A stretch of 63,984 bases of DNA, counting the filler, from Chiloscyllium plagiosum (Eukaryota), in assembly GCF_004010195.1 (NCBI RefSeq). It is 5 parts of one record of this genome, joined end to end, with 100 filler letters (N's around TTAATTAATTAA, not from the genome) between each part and the next. Parts side by side here need not be neighbours in the genome. Positions count along the whole stretch, not along the records: positions 26,135 to 51,123 come from NC_057717.1; 4 more parts are not named here. The stretch is one strand, 5' to 3'. The notes under the pieces are model-generated. The model ran no database searches, had not been told where the DNA came from, and was given only the letters and a program-made list of their open reading frames with translations. Made by a program: the position numbers and the translations under genes. Shown here one piece after another: positions 26,079 to 38,199 of the stretch (the stretch's first letter is position 1; every line of letters starts with the position of its first letter).

Positions 26079-26090
26079 TTAATTAATTAA
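26079..26090. other. Artificial contig linker TTAATTAATTAA (also at ~51168, ~55095, ~58244)
   Basis: The same palindromic all-frame-stop 12-mer flanked by equal-looking N runs at four sites. Confidence 0.9.
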
Positions 26091-26134
26091 NNNNNNNNNN
26101 NNNNNNNNNNNNNNNNNNNNNNNNNNNNNNNNNN

Positions 26135-27300
26135 GGAAGCTGCCTCCCATAGAGGTGCATTAATAGCACAATGGGCAGGAATCCAAGGCCTGCATTTCTT
26201 TACCAGCCTCAGAAACACTTGCAGCTGCCTGTTTGTGGCAGGTAGAGGCAGCTGGGTGATGACAGCCAATTGCTCCATGGACAGTGCTCTGAGGCCATAG
26301 GAAAGATATTAGACATTTTGCTGACAGAGCTCCATTTTCTTGATAGGCACCCTATGCCCATCCTGTGCCAGACTAAAGAGCAAGGCCACCGTAAACTGCT
26401 TTCATGCAGTAGTGGAGGTGGAAGCCAATAGCAGGCCATTCGCATACTGGAGGAACGTGCTGTGGCATGGTAGGTGAAGGGTGGACAGGGTGAGGTATAC
26501 TGCAGCGGCAAAAATTTGGGGCTCTCGAATACCCTGAGGGAAATCCGGCCCATGTATCTTTGCAGCCGCCATATGTAAAAACATAAAGTTTCGGGGAATA
26601 ACTTAATGGAGAATGATGCTGAGCAATGGTCGATTACAAGAAGATCAGGAGGAGGAGGCGGGGTACTGACAGGAGTGCATTTGTGTCCGAGACTACTGGG
26701 AAGCAGGGAACAACAATGGCATTGACATCCCTAAGGTTTTGCACAAAGCGCCATTTTCATGGTCGTCCACGCTTCGGGATAGTTAAGAAGGGAGTGTTGC
26801 ATGGGCTGCTTGTGGGCCCGAGGATTCCCTGTTGCAGAGGTGATTCAATGACTGGTTTGATTCCCAATACTGCCACAGGTGATACGGGTATTGTTGTATT
26901 GATGGCAGGATTGCTCCCTGTCTGAGTGCAACTGTCCGTGATTGGGCGGAAAATAGCTGGCCTGCATGGGTCTATTGCTGTGCCCACAGTGATTATGGGA
27001 TGTCAGCTAATAAGAGTCGGCTGTCGTTGGAGGAGGAAGCGCCTGGGCCTTGTTTTCTAAAAGTAGATCTAGTAATGCGGGAGCACAGCGCATACAAAAC
27101 TCGCCCTGTCCAGTGAGTGGTAGCTCTACTAAAGGGCCTGTGTCTTGCCTAAAGGGTGTGAAATGTATTGTTGGTTGTGCGACATNNNNNNNNNNAAAAA
27201 CGGCCACCCACCTGAGAATGGGTGGAGGATGGAGGGGTAGTTGATATCCGGGAGCGGAGAGGGTCAGGCCGGATGAGGGTAGGTTCTGGCGGGCACAACC
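26135..27300 (-). mobile_element. ERV pol (RT) fragment related to the ERV at 40.5-51 kb
   Basis: SSPCNTPFLTIPKRGRP, WRFVQNLRDVNAIV, PQGIREP, FLQYANGLLLA (degenerate YVDD), GQGEFC shared with 43860. Confidence 0.85.
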
Positions 27301-27894
27301 AGGGGCATGAGCAAAATACTAATCTCAGAACTAACAGCAGGGCTATTCCAGACTACTGTTTCAAACATCCTGGAGCCTTAGTGCACGGCCACATCCCAGA
27401 AAGTGCTGAAAAGGGAGAAAGAAAGAACACAATAAGAATGGGCAATAAAAAGTGAACTTCACCAATTAGATTCTCGATTAGATTTCCTTTCCATTCCGCC
27501 GTGTCCAGGACAGAAATGAAGGAAATGGGAGAAATTTTTGAACATATGTAATCGTAATTCATTGGCATAATTTTCTCATTTGCCAGAACACCAAATAACG
27601 GCGGGTAGAGTAACGGAAGGACTATGTTTCACAAAAGCAATGAAATAACAGTCTCTCCTCGGTTGCAGTGAAAAGTTAACAAGCCTGGAAAAAAACAGTG
27701 GCAGTAAAGCTGCTTGTTATTTTACATGTGGGAGGCAAACACGATCATGACAGCACAGAAACTGACCCCTTTGAGAGAGACTGCACTCTCCCACACCGTC
27801 GTTAATTTTCCAACAAGCAAACCTACCAGGTCTTTTTTTTTGCTTTGAATACGGCACTTAAACACGCTGCAGCTTTGCTGTTGACCAACAGAAA

Positions 27895-27970
27895 TGGCAG
27901 TGGTGGGATTGGAAGTGACGTCCCATTCGAGACCGGCCTCGTTAACACCCGCGCGTGCGCGCGGCCTATT
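27895..27970 (-). pseudogene. Highly decayed tRNA-Leu pseudogene
   Basis: Minus strand ends ttccaatcccaccactgcca, matching the 3' end of vertebrate tRNA-Leu; lies in a block paralogous to 30255-30860. Confidence 0.5.
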
Positions 27971-29488
27971 TTCATACATTTTCAATTGGGCTCCTGCAAA
28001 ACAACAGATGAAAAAGCACAGGGAAAACATTTTGCGGTCCTTGTCCTCCTCGCATACAGTTGGGATATGCCCGACTCTGATATCAATTTCACAGCAGATA
28101 ATGATAGCCTATCAACCCACACAAAACTCAATGGAAAGCTGAATCTATCTTCTGACAATATTTTCAGCTACAAATGTATATGCGAGTGTAAGAATGCATG
28201 TTCTATCATGATTTGATAAAATAACCATGAGCTGCATGACATTACTGGAATTTCGATTCTTGCTATGGTAAATTATTTCGACCATTGCTCGAAACAAAAC
28301 GGAACACAAAACATTTCGGATGACAGGGAAAATGCACAAAGCTGAGCAGGCCGTGTTCCACATCATACCGTGCAGCATAGTTTCAGTTACTGCGACTGTT
28401 TTGCAGAATAAGCGTCCCAAAGAATGTTCTCTACCTGAAAAGCCGAGGTATCAGGACAATCCGAGAAGGACAGATCACATTGTGAGCATGCTCAAACCTT
28501 GGTGCCAGTACGAGTTGGCATTTCCTTGTCTTTCAACTAATCCATGCAACTTGCTGCAGAATGTCCACATCAGGACATGAGTGACATGCCTGCCAGCTGA
28601 GGTGGAAACCAATGTGGGAATCGATGGGACGCGACTCAGAAAAGTTACAAAATTCCATGGTGCTTATTAAGGAAGCAGTTTCTGTTCTCATCCATGNNNN
28701 NNNNNNNNNNNNNNNNNNNNNNNNNNNNNNNNNNNNNNNNNNNNNNNNNNNNNNNNNNNNNNNNNNNNNNNNNNNNNNNNNNNNNNNNNNNNNNNNNNNN
28801 NNNNNNNNNNNNNNNNNNNNNNNNNNNNNNNNNNNNNNNNNNNNNNNNNNNNNNNNNNNNNNNNNNNNNNNNNNNNNNNNNNNNNNNNNNNNNNNNNNNN
28901 NNNNNNNNNNNNNNNNNNNNNNNNNNNNNNNNNNNNNNNNNNNNNNNNNNNNNNNNNNNNNNNNNNNNNNNNNNNNNNNNNNNNNNNNNNNNNNNNNNNN
29001 NNNNNNNNNNNNNNNNNNNNNNNNNNNNNNNNNNNNNNNNNNNNNNNNNNNNNNNNNNNNNNNNNNNNNNNNNNNNNNNNNNNNNNNNNNNNNNNNNNNN
29101 NNNNNNNNNNNNNNNNNNNNNNNNNNNNNNNNNNNNNNNNNNNNNNNNNNNNNNNNNNNNNNNNNNNNNNNNNNNNNNNNNNNNNNNNNNNNNNNNNNNN
29201 NNNNNNNNNNNNNNNNNNNNNNNNNNNNNNNNNNNNNNNNNNNNNNNNNNNNNNNNNNNNNNNNNNNNNNNNNNNNNNNNNNNNNNNNNNNNNNNNNNNN
29301 NNNNNNNNNNNNNNNNNNNNNNNNNNNNNNNNNNNNNNNNNNNNNNNNNNNNNNNNNNNNNNNNNNNNNNNNNNNNNNNNNNNNNNNNNNNNNNNNNNNN
29401 NNNNNNNNNNNNNNNNNNNNNNNNNNNNNNNNNNNNNNNNNNNNNNNNNNNNNNNNNNNNNNNNNNNNNNNNNNNNNNNNNNNNNNNN

Positions 29489-29920
29489 AGAATGTTGTCA
29501 ATGTATCGACTGTCGGGTGAAGCTGAATAGGCTGGGTCAATTTGCTCTGCAGCGCAGCGGCTGGGGCATGATCTTATGGAAAGTTTGTAAACTGAGTATT
29601 TAAGTATTTTACCCAAGGTGGGGTGAGTTGAAAACTGGAGAGCGTAGGTTTCAGGTGAGAGGGCTAAAAGTTAAACGGAATCTGAGGCACATTTCCCACA
29701 CAGACAGGTGTGCGTGTTTGGAATTGGCTACCAGAGGAAGCGGAGGAGGCTAGTACACTCAGAAGGTTTTAAAGGCAACTAGAGGAGTTTCTGGATCGGA
29801 AGGGTTCAGAGGGATAGGGGCCAAGTGCTGGAAAGTGGGACTTGTTTAATTTTGGCGATGTGGTCAGCATGGACGAGATCCACAAAGACACTGTTTCCAT
29901 GCTGTGTGCCCCAATAACGT
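29489..29920 (+). mobile_element. CR1 3' fragment
   Basis: Degenerate CR1 C-terminal sequence (gatcttatggaaagtttgtaa, ggtttcaggtgagaggg) and 3'UTR. Confidence 0.7.
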
Positions 29921-30778
29921 TGTGTTACTTACACCGGCTTGAACGGATTACTTTTAGCGGGGCTTGCCATCGCACTCTGCGGCTGTTCACCGGAAAGGTA
30001 GTATTGTGAAATACTGCAGAACCGAAAGACTTTCTTACTTTTGCCCCGACTGACCATACTCCGTGAAATATTCCCGGATCTTCAGTTGAGGATGTTTGCT
30101 GCTGGAATTTACCTCACAAACCGTGTTATCTCGTAATGTATTGAGCGAATGGCAAAACAGTCAGCATTTAACACGGAACAGAAACAAAAGTGACAAAGCA
30201 AATGCATTTTTCAGACACAGCGAAGCATGAACGCTGAATGTGATACAGACCGTGGGCATGAGCCATAAACTAATCTCACAACTAACAGCAGGGCAATTCC
30301 AAACTACTCTTTCAATCATACTGGAGCCTTAGTGCACCACCACTTCCCAGAAAGTGCTGAAAAGAGACGAAGAAACAACACAACAAGAATGGTCCATAAA
30401 AAGTGAAGTTCACCAATGACAGTCTAGATTAGATTACCTTTCCCTTCTAATGTCTGTAGGATAGGAATGAAGAATACTTAAGACCATGTAACATCGTAAC
30501 TCATTGGAAACATTTCCCTTTCATCAGAACACCAAATAACGACGCGTGGAGTCACCGCAGGACTTTGTTTCACCCCAGCGATGAAGTAACAGTCTCTTTT
30601 TGGTTCCAGTGAAAGCTCAACTCGCTGTGGGACGAAACAACAGCAGTAGAGCCTGCGATTTTCAGTATGGGAGGCGACCACCGCATGGACTGTGTCACCT
30701 TTGCACTCGCCAACACTGCATTCAACTCTCCAATAGCGCTGCTTTTAGCTTGGCTTTGACCAGAGCACATTAACACGC

Positions 30779-30860
30779 TGCAGCGGTGGGAGTCGAAACT
30801 CCGCCCGCCTGGCGAACAGGAACGTGAATCCCGCGGCTTAGGCCGCTTGGCCACGGTACA
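30779..30860 (-). pseudogene. tRNA-Leu (AAG/TAG-type) pseudogene
   Basis: Minus strand gtaccgtggccaagcggcctaagccgcgggatt...gtttcgactcccaccgctgca aligns with canonical GGTAGCGTGGCCGAGCGGTCTAAGGCGCTGGATT...GTTCGAATCCCACCGCTGCCA; anticodon mutated. Confidence 0.75.
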
Positions 30861-31407
30861 GAGGCCTGCTTCTCTGCGCCCCCCTAGTGAAGTGTGCTGT
30901 TTCTGATCCGCAGGACACACTGCAGGATTTTCAGACAGCGCCATCCTTCCTGCGACATGTCCGTGCTGGATAATATTCTGTTGTGTCGATGTGCCCCGGC
31001 CTTGCCAGCATCACCGTGGTCTAACTCCTTACATTCTGTTGGTCGGACTGTGATTCCACTCTGAGTCACAGAGGTGTCACAAACTACCTTAGATGTGCTG
31101 GCTCTCCACAGAGATAAATGTGTTTCTCTTTTGGTATAATTCTCTTGCCTTCTTCCTGTAACTCTGCACACTTTCACTTTCAACATAAACATCGAATTAG
31201 TTTTTAAATAATTCGAATGATACTGCGTCTTTGTCAATTTCAGGCAGTGGTTTACAGCCACTAACCACTCGCTTTGTGAAAACGTTTCTCCTCAAGTACA
31301 TTTTTCTTCTTTTACTAATGACTTTAGAACTCTGCTGAATTGTTCTCGATCCTTTCAGGCGTGGGAGCATTCTCCCTTCCTTATTTCCTCTGTCTATCCC
31401 ACTCATG

Positions 31408-33638
31408 TAGAACATAGAACATAGAACATTGAAAAATATAGCACAGAACAGGCCCTTCGGCCCACGATGTTGTGCCGAACATTTGTCCTAGCTTAAGCAC
31501 CCATCCATGTACCTATCCAATTGCCGCTAAAAGGTCACCAAAGATTCTGACTCTACCACTCCCACAGGCAGCGCATTCCATACCCCCACCAATCTCTGGG
31601 TAAAGAACCCACCCCTGACATCTCCCCTAGACCTTCCACCCTTCACCTTAAATTTATGTCCACTTGTAACACTCTGTTGCACCCGGGCAAAAAGCTTCTG
31701 ACTGTCTACTCTATCTATTCCTCTGATCATCTTATAAACCTCCATCAAGTCACACCTCATCCTTCGCCGTTCCAACGAGAAAAGGCCTAGCACTCTCAAC
31801 CTATCCTCGTACGACCTATTCTCCATTCCAGGCAACATCCTGGTAAATCTTCTCTGCACCCTCTCCAAAGCTTCCACACCTTTCCTAAAGTGAGGCGACC
31901 AGAAATGCACACAGTACTCCAAATGTGGCCTAAACAAAGTCCTGTACAGTTGCAACATCACCTCACGACTCTTGAATTCAATCCCTCTGCTAATGAACGC
32001 TAATACACCATAGGCCTTCTTACAAGCTCTATCCACCTGAGTGGCAACTTTCAAAGATCTATGAATATAGACCCCAAGATCCCTCTGTTCCTCCACCTCA
32101 TTAAGAACGCTACCATTAACCCTGTATTCCGCATTCTTATTTGTCTTTCCAAAATGGACAACCTCACACTTGGCAGGGTTGAACTCCATCTGCCACTCCT
32201 CAGGCCAGGTCTGCCTCATATCTAAGTCTCTGTTCAGCCGACAACTGCCCTCCTCACTATCCACAACTCCACCAATCTTCGTATCATCTGCAAATTTACT
32301 GACCCACCCTTCGACTCCCTCATCCAAGTCATTAATAAAACTTACAATCAGCAGAGGACCCAGAACTGATCCCTGCGGAACTCCACTTGTAAGGGGACTC
32401 CAGGTGAATATTTGCCATCTACCACCACTCTCTGACTTTGACCGGTTGGCCAGTTTTCTATCCAATTGGCCAAATGTCCCTCAATCCCGTGCCTCCTGAC
32501 TTTCCACATAAGCCTACAATGGGGAACCTTATCAAATGCCTTACTAAAATCCATGTATAGTACATCCACTGCTCTACCCTCATCCACATGCTTGGACACC
32601 TCCTCAAATAATTGAATAAGACTTGTAAGGCAAGACCTATCCTTCACAAATCCGTGCTGGCTGGCTGTCGCTAATCAAGCAGTGTCTTTCCAGATACTCA
32701 TAAATTCTATCCCTCAGGACCCTTTCCATTACTTTGCCTACCACCGAAGTAAGACTAACTTGCCTGTAATTCACGGGGTTATCCCTATTCCCTTTTTGAA
32801 CATGGGCACAACATTCGCCACTCTCCAGTCCCCCGTTGACAATGAAGACAAAAAGATCATTGCCAACGGTACTGCAATTTCCTCACTTGCTTCCCACATA
32901 ACCCTAGGATATATCCCGTCAGGCCCGGGGGACTTGTCTATCCTCAAGTTGTTCAAAATGTCCAACACAACTTCCTTCCTAACAAGTATCTCCTCTAGCT
33001 TACCAGTCGTTTCACACTCTCCTCTTCAACAATACGGTGCCTCTCGTTCGTAAATATGGAAGAAAAGTATTCATTCAAGACCTCTCCTATCTCTTCCGAC
33101 TCAATACACAGTCTCCCACTACTGTCCTTGATCGGACCTACCCTCGTTCTCGTCATTCTCATGTTTCTCACATACGCATAAAATGCCTTTGGGTTATCCT
33201 TGAGCCTATCCGCCAAAGATTTTTCATGCCCTCTCTTAGCTCTCCTAATCCCTTTATTCAGGTCCCTTCTGGCTATTCTGTATCCCTCCACTGCTCTGTC
33301 TGAACCCTGTTTCCTCACCCTTTTGTAAGCCTCCTTCTTGCTCTTTACAAGACATTCAACCTCCCTCGTCAACCAAGGTTCCCTCACATGACCATTTCTT
33401 TCCTGCCTGACAGGTACATACATATCAAGGACACGTCGTATCTGTTCCTTGAAAAAGTTCCACAATTCCACGACATCCTTCTCTGACAGCCTATGCTCCC
33501 AACTTATGCTCCTCAGATCCTGTCTTACAGCATCGTAATTACCCATCCCCCAATTCGAAAACCTACCCTGTTGCAAGCACCTATCTCTCTCCACAACCAA
33601 GGTGAAAGTCACAGAATTGTGGTCACCATCAGCAAAAT
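31408..33638 (-). mobile_element. Young 5'-truncated CR1 (HER1-like) LINE with near-intact ORF2
   Basis: Long ORFs of 205, 65, 99 and 312 aa with KSPGPDG, DFSKAFDKVPH, GVPQGSVLGP, FADD, HLEYC; few frameshifts; (ATGTTCT)n tail at ~31408-31430. Confidence 0.96.
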
Positions 33639-35371
33639 GTCTTGGAAAGGTTTAACAAGGCCAACTGTTGGCCTTCTGCTCTCCAAGAAGAACTGCCCCA
33701 ACCTTACAAATCACCTTTATTGCTGACATTCCTCATATACCACACCATTGCCGTTAACCTGTTAGCGCTGTTTCCAATCATTTCATCTCCCCACTTCCTC
33801 AAGTTTAATACGCAGAACTGTGCAAACAACCAAGATGGTGGATTTATTCAGAACGGGATTGTGTGGGTGAGCATCCTGAAACACTTGTTTCGCTTTCACC
33901 ACATGTGGTACTGTGCCATGCCTACTGAAATGACACTTCTTACTCCAGAATTCAACGTTATTTCAAGGGGGGAAACTTCCTAATTTACACCTTTTTTCAT
34001 CAAATAGCTGATAGGACGACGGGCAAAAGTGAAATCAAACGACCAAGGCTCGATGGTGACTTCAAGTAAGACATTCCCACATGCCAGTATTAACACAAGC
34101 TGCTGAGCGAAGATGATGCCCCTTGATAAATGGCATTCTTACGTTTTCAGCACCACACCAGCTGAAAGTCGCTCAGATCCAACAAAATTATACTTTGATC
34201 TCGGGTTTCTAAGCACCAAAGTGTTTCAAGAATATCGCCTTCTCATTCCGTAACCTTGTTCACGGGACAGTGCTGTTTAATCCTTCCGCTTAGACTGCAT
34301 CGGCAGAGTATTCAGTTATTTCCCTCCACCTGCAAGCAGTGTGAGGGGAGGTAAGCGCGGATATGCTGTCATCGGCAGAGCCAGCTCCACAAGTGCTGGA
34401 AATCAGCAAGTTTGATTGTGAACTTTCTGTAAATATTATTTATCTGAGAGACCGGTAAAGATGTTGAGTTGTTGGGAAAGACAGAATGTACTCCGGATTC
34501 TCTACCCTCAAGTAAATTGATGTGAGGACATTTTTGCGCAGCCTGTTTGCTGTTCAGAATCCATCTTCACACAGCAATCCTGCAGAAAGGCTTTTGTAAC
34601 AGTGACATCGGTTTCTTTGCTGCAATCGGGCAGCAGTTAACAACTGATCCCCAGCTGTCCTTGATGAAGAGAAAGCGAATAAAACCCTTAGTCTCTGAGA
34701 GTCATCCCTACGGTCCTGAGCTGCGGAGCTGCAGACAGTCTAACGCGGAAGGGAGGGTTAACAATGAGACATTATTTCACCATCAGCCACTCTGTCCCAG
34801 AGACAGGACGAGGGGCAGCATCAATGTGTGGATCACTCACTTGCTGACAGAAGCTGTTCAGCCCATCGAGTCGACGGCAACTCTCTGTCGCTTGTATATT
34901 CCTGTGGTTATTCATAATTGGCGATCTATGCCCTAATAATGCGGAACTGTGTCAGTGTCATAATGCTGTCTCCAACAAGTTGATCCAATTGTTTCTCTTG
35001 TCTTTTACTTTCACGGGGAGGACATGGCTGTGTGAAACAGGGTGGGGAATAACTGCAGGGCGTCATGCGTATAGAGCACTTAACAACGAATATAACTCAC
35101 CTTCACCAGTTTATTCCCAGCTCTGGCAAATGATTTTGCGAATCTGATCAGAGCAGACCGACAGAGAACAGGAAAAGAGCTTCCCGAACTTCACGAGTGT
35201 GTTTCCTCACCTTTGTCAATTTGGCGGGTGTATCAGTACGAAATATTCATTTCAGATACAATGAGTGAAAGGAAATGGAAAGGGAAACAACATGCAATAC
35301 GTAGAATGGAGCTATGTTATAGAGGAACACTGCCGGGGACAGTACACACACTGAAAGGTGGAATTGTCAAC

Positions 35372-35443
35372 GAGCAGAGGATGTTTTCAATCCATTAATT
35401 TCCGGGTTATGAGCCCAATAGGCTGCAGCTGGCCCGCTCTGTT
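35372..35443 (-). pseudogene. Initiator tRNA-Met pseudogene
   Basis: Minus strand aacagagcgggccagctgcagcctattgggctCATaacccggaaattaatggattgaaaacatcctctgctc is colinear with vertebrate iMet (AGCAGAGTGGCGCAGCGGAAGCGTGCTGGGCCCATAACCCAGAGGTCGATGGATCGAAACCATCCTCTGCTA). Confidence 0.75.
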
Positions 35444-36940
35444 CGCGCTGACTTTAGCATGAATTACACTATCTTCAGCATTTCGCCTGCCGTGTGGCAT
35501 GTACCTCAGAGGATGATGTTGAAAGGTCTTCACTATTATTGTGTGTGGCGCAGGTGTGTCCCGGCTGTTCAATATAACCTGTGGGCAACTTCCACATTCT
35601 GTTGCTTTAACAGTGATTTAATTTGGAATCAGAAAGTATGTCACAGTGAAAAGTGAGGCCATGCAGCCAACCTTCGCTGTGCTGGCACCAAACAATAAGG
35701 AAATGTCTGTGTGGTTCGATTGATTGACTTTATTTGATTGTTTGATTGTCACATGAACCTGAGTACAGTGAAAACATTTGTTTGCGATTGCTAAAGGCAG
35801 ATCACACTAATCAAGGACATGCAGATTACCGTGTGAGTAAAAACAACATTTTGGTCAGCTTAAGGCTTTCAGGTTAATTCACTCAGGACGTGCGCTCGGC
35901 AAGATCGACATTAAAAGGATCAGCATCATTTGAATTAGGGAATCCATTTCTCAGTCTAGTAACGGCCGACAAGAAGTTGCTGGTGTATGTCTTGAAGCTT
36001 CGGTATCTTGCCTTCTGAGTCAAACATAGAATTAAATGCAAAACCCCAGGGCTCAAGTGTGACTTCTCAAACGTACATCACCCAACCGAGGCGACGTCAC
36101 ACCCAAGACCAACGAGCCAGAACTGCAGCTTGTGCGTGATCTATAAATCAGGTGAGTCCCTTTGTTTAAAAATAGGCTTTTTCTGTTGTTTCGGAGTGAA
36201 GGCAGCATTGAGATTTAAGAACAGTTCCTTGCCATTCTGACTTCATTTTTCTCGGAAGCTGTGCTAGCCACTTTCCCCGCGAGCTGGCTCCCACCATTGG
36301 CAGCTGGACGAACTCATCTTCTATTGGCAATCAGTGTCGTGGGAGAGAAACGTGAACGCGCTCTTTAGCTTCATATCAAACACGCGTTTAGGGATCGGGG
36401 CGGGGGCTAGAGGGAGTGGGAGTTATGAAAATTCTGGAAAGTTGTACAAAAGGGAGATCACGCATGCACAGGAACCCATCTTCTTTTGGGAACCTGTGCA
36501 AATAACGCCATCTGAAACAAATAGAAAAGTGCACAACTGCAGGGAAAAAGAGAATCTCTCCCAGTCATCGGGAACTGTTTCTGTGTCCTTCTCGAAGTCA
36601 CATCGAAGCCTCTGCTGTCTGAATCAGCATGGGATGTTACTGCAGCGAGTTCTGTCGCTCGGGCACACTGCACATGATATGTATAAGCTTTATCACATTA
36701 CCCCAAGCTCAGAGAATAGATTTCACAGCTCACATCATCCTAGCGTGACAGGGAACAGAAGAAAGCGATTCAGACAATCATCTTTACACCCATGGGAAAG
36801 GAAACGGATGTCTGCGAGCAGGTTGTCTCCACCAGTGCTGTTGTTCTCTGTGTGACAACAACCAGGAAATATTTATCTTGTTTCTTAAAACAGGTGTGAA
36901 AATTTCCAGAGCGTCTACTTGCTGTTAGTGAAATGATGAA

Positions 36941-37017
36941 CAGCAGAGTACAGTTCACAGAGTATGGTCTGACCTCTGGGTTATGGGCTCAGCACGCTCC
37001 AACTGTGACGCTCTGCT
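36941..37017 (-). pseudogene. Initiator tRNA-Met pseudogene with a disrupted T arm
   Basis: Minus strand agcagagcgtcacagttggagcgtgctgagccCATaacccagaggtc... matches the iMet 5' two-thirds. Confidence 0.75.
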
Positions 37018-38199
37018 CACAGGTTTCGAGCACAAACAAAGGAATGACTCAGTGACAAAATCTGTTGAAACGGATTCTGTGAGGAATTGAAAGCGATGGA
37101 ATGAAAAGCCCCTTGAGAGCGGGATGCAACATTATCTGTGAAGGGGTTGTTTTCCATACTCGAGGAGAGTAGGCACTGCTGTTTCCATGGGTCAACATCA
37201 GGATAGATAGACTGAATCAGCGTCGAATGTTATTGTAGGGAGCCTTGTCGCCGAGACCCATTGTTCCTTTTGTACAATGGTGCAAAAGCGCGGACGTTTT
37301 GTGTGGAGGGGAACAACTTCAAAATCGTTAATGAGGCAAAATGCACAAATGAGCAAAACAACAAAGCAACCACAGGAACTGGTTTTACGTGACGGGGTAA
37401 ACCCCCTCTGCTAATGTAAACCAGCAAAGCAGAAAGGATTCATCCCGTGCTGTATTCTGTTAAAATTCAACAGGCAAAGAACTATCCCAAAAATCACTAT
37501 TTAAACAAATCACTATTTATTGTCATTTTTAACATGTGACAGAGAACAATCAACTTTCAACTACTTACAACTCCTTTCTCTAAACCTTCTGGTCTACAAT
37601 ACCTTCCCTCACCCAGACCCCATTAACATTTACAAAAAAAAAGTCAAATTTACAAACCAGCTAGTTGTCGAATGTTCTCTTTGTATCTTCCTCTGTAGAN
37701 NNNNNNNNNNNNNNNNNNNNNNNNNNNNNNNNNNNNNNNNNNNNNNNNNNNNNNNNNNNNNNNNNNNNNNNNNNNNNNNNNNNNNNNNNNNNNNNNNNNN
37801 NNNNNNNNNNNNNNNNNNNNNNNNNNNNNNNNNNNNNNNNNNNNNNNNNNNNNNNNNNNNNNNNNNNNNNNNNNNNNNNNNNNNNNNNNNNNNNNNNNNN
37901 NNNNNNNNNNNNNNNNNNNNNNNNNNNNNNNNNNNNNNNNNNNNNNNNNNNNNNNNNNNNNNNNNNNNNNNNNNNNNNNNNNNNNNNNNNNNNNNNNNNN
38001 NNNNNNNNNNNNNNNNNNNNNNNNNNNNNNNNNNNNNNNNNNNNNNNNNNNNNNNNNNNNNNNNNNNNNNNNNNNNNNNNNNNNNNNNNNNNNNNNNNNN
38101 NNNNNNNNNNNNNNNNNNNNNNNNNNNNNNNNNNNNNNNNNNNNNNNNNNNNNNNNNNNNNNNNNNNNNNNNNNNNNNNNNNNNNNNNNNNNNNNNNNN

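Noticed and set aside
26035..26134. TTAATTAATTAA between N runs as a biological motif (four sites)
   Set aside because: An identical all-frame-stop linker inside gaps is an assembly artefact, so adjacency across these joins should not be trusted.
36334..36855. 173-aa plus-strand ORF as a host gene
   Set aside because: Non-ATG start, no recognisable domain and no supporting exon structure.
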